Of a stretch of DNA of 38,511 bases, positions 1-8,011 are shown piece after piece. The notes beneath the pieces were generated by a model, which searched no databases, was not told the DNA's origin, and saw nothing but the letters and a program-made list of their open reading frames with translations. Position 1 is the first letter of the stretch. Each line of letters opens with the position of its first letter. The position numbers and the translations under genes are program-made. The stretch is from a virus. Its lineage: Duplodnaviria; Caudoviricetes. The DNA is taken from positions 1 through 38,511 of the IMG/VR virus record IMGVR_UViG_3300036773_000165; one strand, 5' to 3'.

Positions 1-158
1 CACAGCAGCTCGGCGACCTCGGGAGGCAGTGGCGCCTGGACAGCGGCTGGGTCGAGGTACACGTCGACGCCGGCTTGGAGGAACGCCAGCGCCAGCTGAA
101 TGCCGTCCTGGCCATAGCCGGAGTGTGGGTTCGTCGGACTCTTGAGCAGTAGCTTCAC
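1..158 (-). CDS. Probable glycosyltransferase (GT-B/GT4-like), N-terminal fragment running off the left edge
   Basis: Not in the ORF track. GTG at 158, 8 nt after the upstream stop, opens MKLLLKSPTNPHSGYGQDGIQLALAFLQAGVDVYLDP...; the beta-strand/SGYG/helix/GVDV pattern is typical of GT4-like N-termini. Only 52 codons are visible. Confidence 0.55.
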   Translation of the reverse strand, partial: MKLLLKSPTNPHSGYGQDGIQLALAFLQAGVDVYLDPAAVQAPLPPEVAELL

Positions 159-166
159 GGGAACGG

Positions 167-661
167 TTAACCCTCAGTGATCGCGTAGGTGGTCTGGCAG
201 CGCACGAGGCCGTCACCGTCGGGGACGACGATGATCGTGGGCTCGGTGAGCCGGACGCTGGAGATGATCCGTAGGGTTCCGAAGTAGACCTCGGCACCGG
301 CGGTGCGGTGCAGGTACTTGTCGAACACCTTGTAAACGGCGAAGGAACGACGCATAACTTCACCGGGGTCGGCGAGGTTGCGGCCGGCGTCGCGGATCGG
401 GTCGGCCCAGATGTTGCAGGTCAGCCGGGGGAAACGCAGGGTGTTGTACAGGTTCGCGCCGGCCCAGCCACCGTCACTGGTGAGCACGGCGCAGGTGGTG
501 CTGGTGCCTTCGATCGGGGTCCAGGTGCGGTACTGGAAGATGCCGGGGGTCTGTTTTCCGCCAATGATGTAGCTGTCGACGGCGGCGACGATCTCAGGCT
601 GGGCCAGCAGGTAGGTGACTGCGCCCGAGACGATGTCGTCGGCGGTCACGGGCGTCGTCAC
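167..661 (-). CDS. Tail terminator / tail-completion protein (putative)
   Basis: 164 aa; last of four coupled 140-170 aa genes in the head-tail position; PRLTCNIW-type strand; assigned mainly by synteny. Confidence 0.55.
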   Translation of the reverse strand: MTTPVTADDIVSGAVTYLLAQPEIVAAVDSYIIGGKQTPGIFQYRTWTPIEGTSTTCAVLTSDGGWAGANLYNTLRFPRLTCNIWADPIRDAGRNLADPGEVMRRSFAVYKVFDKYLHRTAGAEVYFGTLRIISSVRLTEPTIIVVPDGDGLVRCQTTYAITEG

Positions 662-1122
662 AGCCCACCGGCCTCAGGGTGTGGGGTGCGCCGGCCCCGG
701 GAGAAGAACGACGTGACGGGTCCAATCATGTCGTCTTCGACCGGTACGCCCTGCGAGTAGTTGCCGCCGAACTCAGTGGGTGTCCAGCCGATCCGCTTCA
801 TGTACGAGTGCGTTGGCGGGCCGCCGTACTTGGTGCTGTAACCGAAGAACTCGCTGGCCGCGTACCGGACCGGGTTCTTCACCCCGAAGGAGGCGCCACC
901 GACGGAGATCTGCGCCGACCACCGTTCGTGGGTGCTTTCCAGAAACTCAAGTTTGGTGGATTCCCGAAGGCTGCCGGTTTCGACGTGGATGTCGTTGACC
1001 ACGGTGTTGTGGGCGAGCGTCGCGATCCCGGCGAAGTGCAGCCAGTCCTCCTGGGTGAAGCCACCTTGCAGGCGGCGTAGTTCCAGGTCAGCGCACCGGA
1101 CGTCCCAGTCGTATTCGCTCAT
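658..1122 (-). CDS. Neck / tail-completion protein (HK97 gp10-like, putative)
   Basis: 154 aa; VETGSLRES and VRYAASEFFG resemble the vdTG.Lr.S / .YA..vefG motifs of HK97 gp10-like proteins; 4-nt start/stop overlaps. Confidence 0.55.
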   Translation of the reverse strand: MSEYDWDVRCADLELRRLQGGFTQEDWLHFAGIATLAHNTVVNDIHVETGSLRESTKLEFLESTHERWSAQISVGGASFGVKNPVRYAASEFFGYSTKYGGPPTHSYMKRIGWTPTEFGGNYSQGVPVEDDMIGPVTSFFSRGRRTPHPEAGGL

Positions 1123-1544
1123 GGCCCTAGATCCGCATCGAGAAGGTTGGGTTGGAAGTTCTGGGCGACCTCGATGACCTGGACTTCCATGTGGTGGGCG
1201 AGCATCCCGAAGGCTTGGGCGGGGTCCGGCATAACCCGGATCTCGAAGGTGCCCTGGACGGGTCCTTGTAGGACGTGGAAGCGGTCGCCGGAGCGGATCT
1301 CGTCGGTGGGGTCAAACATCAGTAGCCCGACTCGGTCGGGGGCGCGGCCGGCGACCAGGGGCATCGGCTGGTCTTTGCCGGGCCGCTGGAAGATGAGGTC
1401 GAGCCGGCACATCAGTTCGCCGGGTACGGCCAGGTAGTAGTCGATGATGACGTCGAGCTTCTGCCAGCTCTGTAGGGCGAGACCGTTCTGCATGTCGACG
1501 GTGAGTCGCAAGACCTCGCAGCGCGAGTTGTAGAGGTGCCGCAT
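1119..1544 (-). CDS. Head-to-tail stopper / head closure protein (putative)
   Basis: 141 aa, beta-rich, IRSGDRF...FEI...HHMEV pattern, follows the adaptor gene. Confidence 0.55.
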   Translation of the reverse strand: MRHLYNSRCEVLRLTVDMQNGLALQSWQKLDVIIDYYLAVPGELMCRLDLIFQRPGKDQPMPLVAGRAPDRVGLLMFDPTDEIRSGDRFHVLQGPVQGTFEIRVMPDPAQAFGMLAHHMEVQVIEVAQNFQPNLLDADLGP

Positions 1545-2059
1545 TAGCTGATCCGGATGTACGGCGGCCGGTCGAAGTGGCCTTGCTCGATGGGGTTCTC
1601 GATGCGCAGCCCGTTCGGCCCTTCGACCAGGCCGTCTTCCTGGGAGGAAATGGATCCGCTAGAGGTGAGCAGTACGTCTTTCTGCCGGAACAAGTCCATG
1701 GCGGCTTCCCACCAGAACAGACCCGCCCCGATGTTCTCCGCTGCTGCCGCGCCGACCGCCGTTGCCCGTGCCAGGCTCGCGCTACGCGAGTAGCTGTACG
1801 ACGCGATCGTCTCGCTCTGAAACGGTGACGCCTTAGCCAGTTGGAAAGGCTGTTCCAGGACGAGTTTGTCGGCCATCTCCAGGATGGCGTTCATCGCGAC
1901 CTGAGCCAGGTCCGGGTCGTCCGGCCAGACCTCCAGCTCGGTGGCCACCGAGAACATCAGGGTGGCCTGAGTGAGGGCCTGGCCGGCGTAGGTCCCGTAG
2001 GTCTGCACCGGCCGGCCGGAGAAGTCAGCAAGTTCTTGCGTGGTCGGGACGGGCAGCAT
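1544..2059 (-). CDS. Head-to-tail adaptor (putative)
   Basis: 171 aa, helical, with QSETIASYSYS (SETIGxYSY motif of adaptors); SD AAGGAGG upstream. Confidence 0.7.
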   Translation of the reverse strand: MLPVPTTQELADFSGRPVQTYGTYAGQALTQATLMFSVATELEVWPDDPDLAQVAMNAILEMADKLVLEQPFQLAKASPFQSETIASYSYSRSASLARATAVGAAAAENIGAGLFWWEAAMDLFRQKDVLLTSSGSISSQEDGLVEGPNGLRIENPIEQGHFDRPPYIRIS

Positions 2060-2077
2060 GTTCTTGCCCTCCTTGGC

Positions 2078-2749
2078 TCAGATGCCGGCAGGCAGGTGCG
2101 GGGCAGCGCGCTTCTTGCGGGCCTTTTCTGCGGCCTCGATTTCGGCCTGGCTCGGTGGTGGCACGTGTCCGGTCTCGGCGATGCTGCGCAGTACCTCGTA
2201 GGTGCCGTCGGCGTAGCTCTTGCCGGGCCAGGGACCGTTGCGGAACATGATCTTTCCCCAGCGTTCGGCCTGCCCGAACTCGTCGTTCCGGAGGTCGAGC
2301 CAGGTCTGGCCACGCTTGTTGAAGGTGTCCTTGTAGGCGCGTCCGCCGGGCTCGAATTCAAGTTCCTCGCCGCGGTACCAGACCTTTCCGAGGGCGGTGA
2401 AGCCATCTTCGAGGACATGGATCAGGATGTTCTTGTCGTCGCCGGGCCGGGTCAGCTCGCTCACCGGCACGTCAACGTCTTTGCGGCCGGTCTCTCGAGC
2501 GAGCAGATCGCGCAGCCGTTGGATTTCGGCCTGCTCCGGAGTCAACTCGACGTCGGAGGCACTGGCCGGCAGCTCTACGACGATGTCGGCGGGCTGCTCG
2601 GGCAGGGCCGGTTCCTGGTCAACGGCGGTCCAAGACTCTCGATCCGGTGCGTCCTCGGTGCTGACGGCGTCGGTCGTTTCGACGTCCCTGGCCGCGCCTG
2701 GGTTGAAACGGGACTGACGCCGGCCATTCGCTGGTACTCCTCGGGGCAT
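2078..2749 (-). CDS. Hypothetical phage protein (acidic N-terminus)
   Basis: 223 aa; SD-like GAAAGGTGG and a CCGATAA motif upstream. Confidence 0.75.
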   Translation of the reverse strand: MPRGVPANGRRQSRFNPGAARDVETTDAVSTEDAPDRESWTAVDQEPALPEQPADIVVELPASASDVELTPEQAEIQRLRDLLARETGRKDVDVPVSELTRPGDDKNILIHVLEDGFTALGKVWYRGEELEFEPGGRAYKDTFNKRGQTWLDLRNDEFGQAERWGKIMFRNGPWPGKSYADGTYEVLRSIAETGHVPPPSQAEIEAAEKARKKRAAPHLPAGI

Positions 2750-2774
2750 GGTTGGCCACCACCTTTCACCGTCC

Positions 2775-2781
2775 TTATCGG
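2775..2781 (-). promoter_or_regulatory. Putative late promoter -10 element CCGATAA
   Basis: Copy of the recurrent motif, intergenic, 25 nt upstream of ATG 2749. Confidence 0.6.
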
Positions 2782-2835
2782 TGGCAGGCTGACGAGGAGG
2801 GTCAGAGACGGTGGCTGAGCAGTCGAGTTGACATG

Positions 2836-3978
2836 TTACGAGATTTCAATTCCAGTCATGTGCACGGTTACCGCTGAGCCGCCAGCGGTTGAAATCTTAA
2901 CGGTCTTACCCGAGTCGAGAACCTGGCGCGGACTGAGAATCAGATTACTGCTGGCAGGGATCGCGCTTTGCCCCAACAGATCTACACCATCAAGCTGCAG
3001 CGTAACTGATGTTGCGCTAGCCGTAGCCGAGTTGACGATGACCACATCGGTGACAATCGTCGTGGTGGCGGCCGGAACGGTATATAGAAGGGCAGTCCCG
3101 CCTGAACTCGCTGCTGCTGCCGAGCCGAAGACGACTGCTGCGAACGCGCCATTGCCATATGCCACGGAGTACCAGCTTCCAGAAGCTGGCATAGACCGAA
3201 TCGTCCAGTTAATCCCGTCGGAGGAAATGGCTGCCGTCTGACTAGTAGCAACGGCTACGAACAGACCATTGCCGTACGTTACAGAATTCCAGGTCAGGGA
3301 GGCGGGCATCGACCGGGTCGTCCAGGTGATCCCGTCGGGCGAGGTGGCCGCCGAACTGGTGCCCTGCGCGACTGCCACGAATAGTCCGTTGCCATAGGTA
3401 ACAGAAGTCCACGACAAGGAGGAGGGCAGAGTCCGCGCGGTCCAGGTAATTCCGTCCGTCGAAGTCGCCGCCGACGTGCTGCCTCCGGCGATGGCGACGA
3501 ACAGGCCGTTGCCGTAAGTCACCGAGGACCAAGCCGCCGCGCTCGGCAGAGTACGGGTCGTCCAGGTGATCCCATCCGGTGAAGTAGCCGCAGACGCGGA
3601 GCTAGTCGCGATAGCTACGAACAGGCCGTTGCCGTAGGCAACCGACTGCCAGCTTTGACTGGAGGGCAGGGTGCGCGCGGTCCAGGTGATGCCGTCCGGC
3701 GAGGAAGCGGCTGCCGTGCTGCTCTGTGCCACGGTAACGAACAACCCGTTGCCGTAGGCAACACTGATCCAGCTTTGACTGGAAGGTAGGGTACGAGCGG
3801 TCCAGGTGATGCCGTCCGGCGAAGACGCTGCGGCGGTTCCACCATAGGTGACAGTGACAAACAGACCGTTGCCGTAGGCAACACTGATCCAGTTCGCGGA
3901 CGCCGGCAGAGTCCGTGAAGTCCAAGTACCGACTACGGGCAGTGACCCCCGGTACAGGCACTTCGATGTCGTCGCCAT
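2836..3978 (-). CDS. Virion-associated protein: 7-bladed beta-propeller (Asp-box-like SPDGITW repeats) inserted into a small beta-sandwich domain
   Basis: Seven ~40-aa repeats WTARTLPS..W.SV.YGNGLFV.V......A.SPDGIT (120-nt DNA period) between MATTSKCLYRG and LLYTVPAATT...GIEIS. Confidence 0.8.
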   Translation of the reverse strand: MATTSKCLYRGSLPVVGTWTSRTLPASANWISVAYGNGLFVTVTYGGTAAASSPDGITWTARTLPSSQSWISVAYGNGLFVTVAQSSTAAASSPDGITWTARTLPSSQSWQSVAYGNGLFVAIATSSASAATSPDGITWTTRTLPSAAAWSSVTYGNGLFVAIAGGSTSAATSTDGITWTARTLPSSLSWTSVTYGNGLFVAVAQGTSSAATSPDGITWTTRSMPASLTWNSVTYGNGLFVAVATSQTAAISSDGINWTIRSMPASGSWYSVAYGNGAFAAVVFGSAAAASSGGTALLYTVPAATTTIVTDVVIVNSATASATSVTLQLDGVDLLGQSAIPASSNLILSPRQVLDSGKTVKISTAGGSAVTVHMTGIEIS

Positions 3979-4030
3979 CGCTGTTAGTACACCCCCATCA
4001 AAGACTCAGATCGAATTCGAGCGGTCAGAT

Positions 4031-5170
4031 TTACGCGATTTCCACCCCGCTCAGGTGCGCGCTGACTGCCGCCCCGGCGGTGAAGCCCTTGATCGTCTTT
4101 CCTGGGTCGAGGGTCTGCCGAATGCTGTAGATCAATTTGTCATTGGCGGGCACTGTGACGCCGGGGAACAAGTCCACTCCATCAATCTGCAGGGTGACCG
4201 TGGCCGACGAAGCTGCCGAGTTCGTCAGGCAAATACTCGACAATACCGCGGACGTCGCAGCAGGCGCGGTGTACAACAACGAAGCACCAGAACTAGCTGC
4301 CGAGTTGCTGGCACTAGCAACAGCTGCAAACGTTCCCCCGGAGCCGGCGACGGAATACCAGGTTGCCGCGGAGGGCATGGTCCGTGAGGTCCAGGTAATC
4401 CCATCCGGAGAAGTCGACGCAATCGAACTGTTCTGGGCCACGGCAACAAACTGGCCACCACTATAGGTGACAGAGTTCCAGGTCACTGCGGCGGACATCG
4501 AACGGGTCGTCCAGGTAATGCCATCCGGCGAGGTCGCCGCAGTGCCACCACTCTGGGCGACAGCAACGAACAAGCCGTTGCCGTAGGTGACACAGGACCA
4601 GGACGTCGAAGACGGCATCGTCCGCGCGGTCCAGGTGATTCCGTCGAGCGACGTCGCCGCGGCCGAGCTGATATAGGAAATCGCCACGAATGTTCCGTTG
4701 CCGTAGGCAACCGACTGCCAGTTTGCCGAGGAGGGCAGAGTCCGGGCAGTCCAGGTGATTCCGTCCGGTGAGGAGGCCGCCGCTGTGCTTCCACTGGCGA
4801 CGGTGACGAACAGACCGTTGCCGTAAGTCACCGAGATCCAGCCGGAACCCGAAGGCAGCGTCCGGGCTGTCCAGGTAACAGCATCTGGGGAAGTCGCCGC
4901 CGCTGTAAAGCCTTGACTGACAGCAACATACTGCCCGTTACCGTAGGCAACCGCCCAAGTTTTCGACGAGGGGAAAGTCTGCGCGGTCCAGGTGATTCCG
5001 TCCGGCGAGGTCGCCAGTGTGCTGCTGCCCTGAGCTGAGGCGACAAACAGACCGCCACCATAGATGACCAGCTGCCAGTTCACCGAGGCCGGCAGCGTCC
5101 GAGCCGTCCAGACCGCCCCGCCAGCCGCTGGCAGGACTCCTCGATAAAGGCATTTCGGTGTCGTTGCCAT
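4031..5170 (-). CDS. Paralogous 7-bladed beta-propeller virion protein
   Basis: Same architecture as 2836-3978 (MATTPKCLYRG + 7 repeats + LLYTAPAAT...SGVEIA); tandem duplicate. Confidence 0.8.
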   Translation of the reverse strand: MATTPKCLYRGVLPAAGGAVWTARTLPASVNWQLVIYGGGLFVASAQGSSTLATSPDGITWTAQTFPSSKTWAVAYGNGQYVAVSQGFTAAATSPDAVTWTARTLPSGSGWISVTYGNGLFVTVASGSTAAASSPDGITWTARTLPSSANWQSVAYGNGTFVAISYISSAAATSLDGITWTARTMPSSTSWSCVTYGNGLFVAVAQSGGTAATSPDGITWTTRSMSAAVTWNSVTYSGGQFVAVAQNSSIASTSPDGITWTSRTMPSAATWYSVAGSGGTFAAVASASNSAASSGASLLYTAPAATSAVLSSICLTNSAASSATVTLQIDGVDLFPGVTVPANDKLIYSIRQTLDPGKTIKGFTAGAAVSAHLSGVEIA

Positions 5171-5174
5171 CGTC

Positions 5175-7748
5175 TCAGTACGCCCCCATCAGAACCATCA
5201 CGTCAGGTGTGGAGGAACCAGCGGATGGGGTCGTCCACGCTGTTGCGTAGTCAACCCCGCTGGTCTTCGCCAGCACTTGCCCGGTGGTACCGCCGGTAGG
5301 AACGCCGACACCTGCTGCCCCGGTGGCTCCCGCAGGGATGCCAAACTGAAAGACGGCAGCGGCGCTGGTTCCGCTATTGGTGACCGTCGGTGTTGCCCCA
5401 GCAGAAAGCGCCACAGCAGCCGGCGTGGCCAGAGCGACGGTGGCGGCGGCGCCGGCTGGCCCTGTTGGACCAGCGGAGCCGATCACCACCCAGGAGCCGT
5501 TACTTCCAGGTACGGCGGAGCTGGTGGTCGCCGTACCGGTCCACACGTAGGGGAGGGCGCTGGAGACGACAACGTCACCGGGCGCATAAGTCACTCCATT
5601 TGCCCAGGTCCCCCGGTAGTGCATTTCCCCGGTTCCGTCGGGACTGATCCAGCCTGCGGCGGTGCTGAGGTAGAAGAACCGGGCGATCTCGCCCTGCCGG
5701 GTCAGGATCCGCTGTGCGGATGTCTCCAGCCCTTTGGTGCCGGGGCTAACCGTGACGGTGTTGGCGCTGGCGTCGGTCTTCTTGACCCAGATTTGCACAC
5801 CGGGGGCCAACGAGGAGTTGTCTACCAGGTTGACGGTGATCGCATTATTGGTCGCGTCGCAGAGAAGGAACTCGCCGGCGTCGCCGCTGATGCTGGTTGC
5901 CGTGATCGGCCTCGGGTAGGAGACGCCGAAGCTCAGCTGTGTCCAACCAGTGCTGTTGTTCGGCGGAATGTTCCCGTTGATGTTTCCGCCGTAGAGGGCA
6001 CAGACGTAGAGGGAGTTCTCGTAGGACACGATGTCGGAGCATGCGTACTGCGCGGTGCTGGTGAACACGCCTCGATAGCGGGCCGCTCCGGCCTCACTGA
6101 TCTGGTACCAGGTGCTGGCAGCAGATCCACCCTTGATGCAGGTGATCGACTGGCCAGGTCGGTCCAGGAACCGTGGGGCGGGAAAGTCGGAGACCTGTCC
6201 GATGTGCGCGATCGCCACGGTGAACGCGAAGGTGGTGTCGACCTTCTTGACCGTCACGATCGAACCGACCGGGGCCGCGTCCGGCAGGGTGACAATGACA
6301 GCGGCGGCGGCGGCTGTCACCAGTACCAGCTCGCCGGCGTTGGCCGTGTAGGCGGTGACTGAGGCACTGTCGATATTGACGATCGTCGGGGTCGGCGTAG
6401 GAATGCCGAAGTTCAGGGTGGCGGCGCTGCTGGTCCCCGAGTTGGTCACGGTGGGCGTGGTGCCGGTAGCGAGCGCGGTGACGGTTCCAACGGCAACAGT
6501 GGCTGCCGTCCCGGCCGGCCCAGTGGCGCCAGTTGCACCGGCGGTGCCCTGAGGGCCGGTCGCGCCGGTGGCACCCGCTGGACCGGTGTCACCGGTGTCG
6601 CCTTTGGGTCCTTGGGCGCCAGTGAGACCCTGCGGACCTTGTGCCCCGGTCGCGCCGGCGGGACCTTGAACCCCCTGGGCTCCTTGGGCTCCCTGGGCGC
6701 CGGCCGGGCCAGTTGCCCCGGTGTCGCCTTTGGGTCCTTGGGGGCCGGTGGCGCCATCGGCGCCGGCGGGGCCGGTTGCCCCAGTCGTGCCGGTGGCTCC
6801 AGTCGGGCCGGTCGGGCCTTGCGAGCCGGTGTCGCCTTTGGGTCCTTGGGGGCCGGTGGCTCCCGTCGGGCCGGATGGTCCGGTCGGGCCAGGATCACCC
6901 TGGTCTCCCTTGGAACCCTGAATGCCCTGGGCGCCCGTCGCGCCAGTGGCTCCAGTCGGGCCGGTTGCCCCGGTCGCTCCGGTGGGGCCGGGGTCGCCCT
7001 GGACTCCTTTGTCTCCTCGGGGGATGGTGAAGTTGAAGGTCGGGCTGTCGGGTGTGCCGGTGAGGGTGATGGAGGCGTTGCTGCCGGCCGCGCCGGTGGT
7101 GACGGTGCCAACGGCGGCGGTGATGTCGTCACCATGCCGGACGAGCAGTCCCCAAGTGCTGTTGCTGGCGTCGACGGCGGGGGTAACCCCGGTGCTGCCG
7201 AGGATCGCGACGTAGGCGTTGCGGTTGTAGAAGACGACGTCGTTGATGCCGTAGGCGACAGTGTTGTCCCAGGTGCCGCGGTAGGTGAAGTTCTTGGCAC
7301 CGGGGTCGAAGATGACGGTCGATTCCACCCGCCAGTTGGCGCCGTCGAAGACGAAGACCGCGCCGGACTGGGCCTGCGTGAGCGTGCACGTCGAGTCACC
7401 GTCGATGGTGGCCCCTGCGGACCCGACGATGGTGATCAGGCTGAGGGTGTTGTCGACCTTTTTGACCGCGACGCTGGTGTTCGTGGCGGGACTGGCCGGC
7501 AAGGTAACGGTGAACGCGCCGCCGGCTCCGTCGGCGAGAACGAAGTCGCCTGCGGCGGCGGTGATGGCGCTGCTGGCCGACCGAACCGCGAGGGCCTGCC
7601 CACCGGATCCGGTGCCTCCCCCGGCTTCCAGGACGGCAACCCGGGCGGAGAGGGCCGAGTCGGCGGTGTCGACGTAGCCTCGCTGTACGGCCTGGACGGG
7701 TGTGGCTGCTGCCGGAATCGTCAGGGCGTTGCCGAGGAATTTAGGCAT
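5175..7748 (-). CDS. Collagen-like fibre protein
   Basis: 857 aa; ~57 uninterrupted Gly-X-Y triplets; three VxVKKxD modules; three YRGxW/F..Y...DxV modules resembling CBM5/12-like repeats; three xxFxIP collagen-flanking motifs. Confidence 0.85.
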   Translation of the reverse strand: MPKFLGNALTIPAAATPVQAVQRGYVDTADSALSARVAVLEAGGGTGSGGQALAVRSASSAITAAAGDFVLADGAGGAFTVTLPASPATNTSVAVKKVDNTLSLITIVGSAGATIDGDSTCTLTQAQSGAVFVFDGANWRVESTVIFDPGAKNFTYRGTWDNTVAYGINDVVFYNRNAYVAILGSTGVTPAVDASNSTWGLLVRHGDDITAAVGTVTTGAAGSNASITLTGTPDSPTFNFTIPRGDKGVQGDPGPTGATGATGPTGATGATGAQGIQGSKGDQGDPGPTGPSGPTGATGPQGPKGDTGSQGPTGPTGATGTTGATGPAGADGATGPQGPKGDTGATGPAGAQGAQGAQGVQGPAGATGAQGPQGLTGAQGPKGDTGDTGPAGATGATGPQGTAGATGATGPAGTAATVAVGTVTALATGTTPTVTNSGTSSAATLNFGIPTPTPTIVNIDSASVTAYTANAGELVLVTAAAAAVIVTLPDAAPVGSIVTVKKVDTTFAFTVAIAHIGQVSDFPAPRFLDRPGQSITCIKGGSAASTWYQISEAGAARYRGVFTSTAQYACSDIVSYENSLYVCALYGGNINGNIPPNNSTGWTQLSFGVSYPRPITATSISGDAGEFLLCDATNNAITVNLVDNSSLAPGVQIWVKKTDASANTVTVSPGTKGLETSAQRILTRQGEIARFFYLSTAAGWISPDGTGEMHYRGTWANGVTYAPGDVVVSSALPYVWTGTATTSSAVPGSNGSWVVIGSAGPTGPAGAAATVALATPAAVALSAGATPTVTNSGTSAAAVFQFGIPAGATGAAGVGVPTGGTTGQVLAKTSGVDYATAWTTPSAGSSTPDVMVLMGAY

Positions 7749-7775
7749 GGACCGGTCACCGCCTTTCGCTCTGAC

Positions 7776-7782
7776 CTATCGG
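7776..7782 (-). promoter_or_regulatory. Putative late promoter -10 element CCGATAG
   Basis: Intergenic, upstream of SD GAAAGG and ATG 7748. Confidence 0.6.
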
Positions 7783-7795
7783 GTCGAGCGACTGC

Positions 7796-8011
7796 TCAGG
7801 GGGTGACCGGGAAGCGGGTGAACACGGGTACGGCAGGGACCGTGGTGGACGACCCGGAACTACTGCCGGCGCCGGTTGCCGCCGTCGCCGCTGGGCTGAG
7901 CGACAGAGCCAACCGCGGTGTCACCCTGCCGTAGACAGGTAGCAGCGCCGCGTACGTGACGAAGGCGGAGTCGGGGATGGGCCAGGGGCCAGCAGAGGTG
8001 AGGGCAGCCAT
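7796..8011 (-). CDS. Small hypothetical protein (71 aa, MAALTSAGPWP...)
   Basis: ATG at 8011 overlaps the upstream stop (TGATG); shorter than the ORF-track call. Confidence 0.6.
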   Translation of the reverse strand: MAALTSAGPWPIPDSAFVTYAALLPVYGRVTPRLALSLSPAATAATGAGSSSGSSTTVPAVPVFTRFPVTP

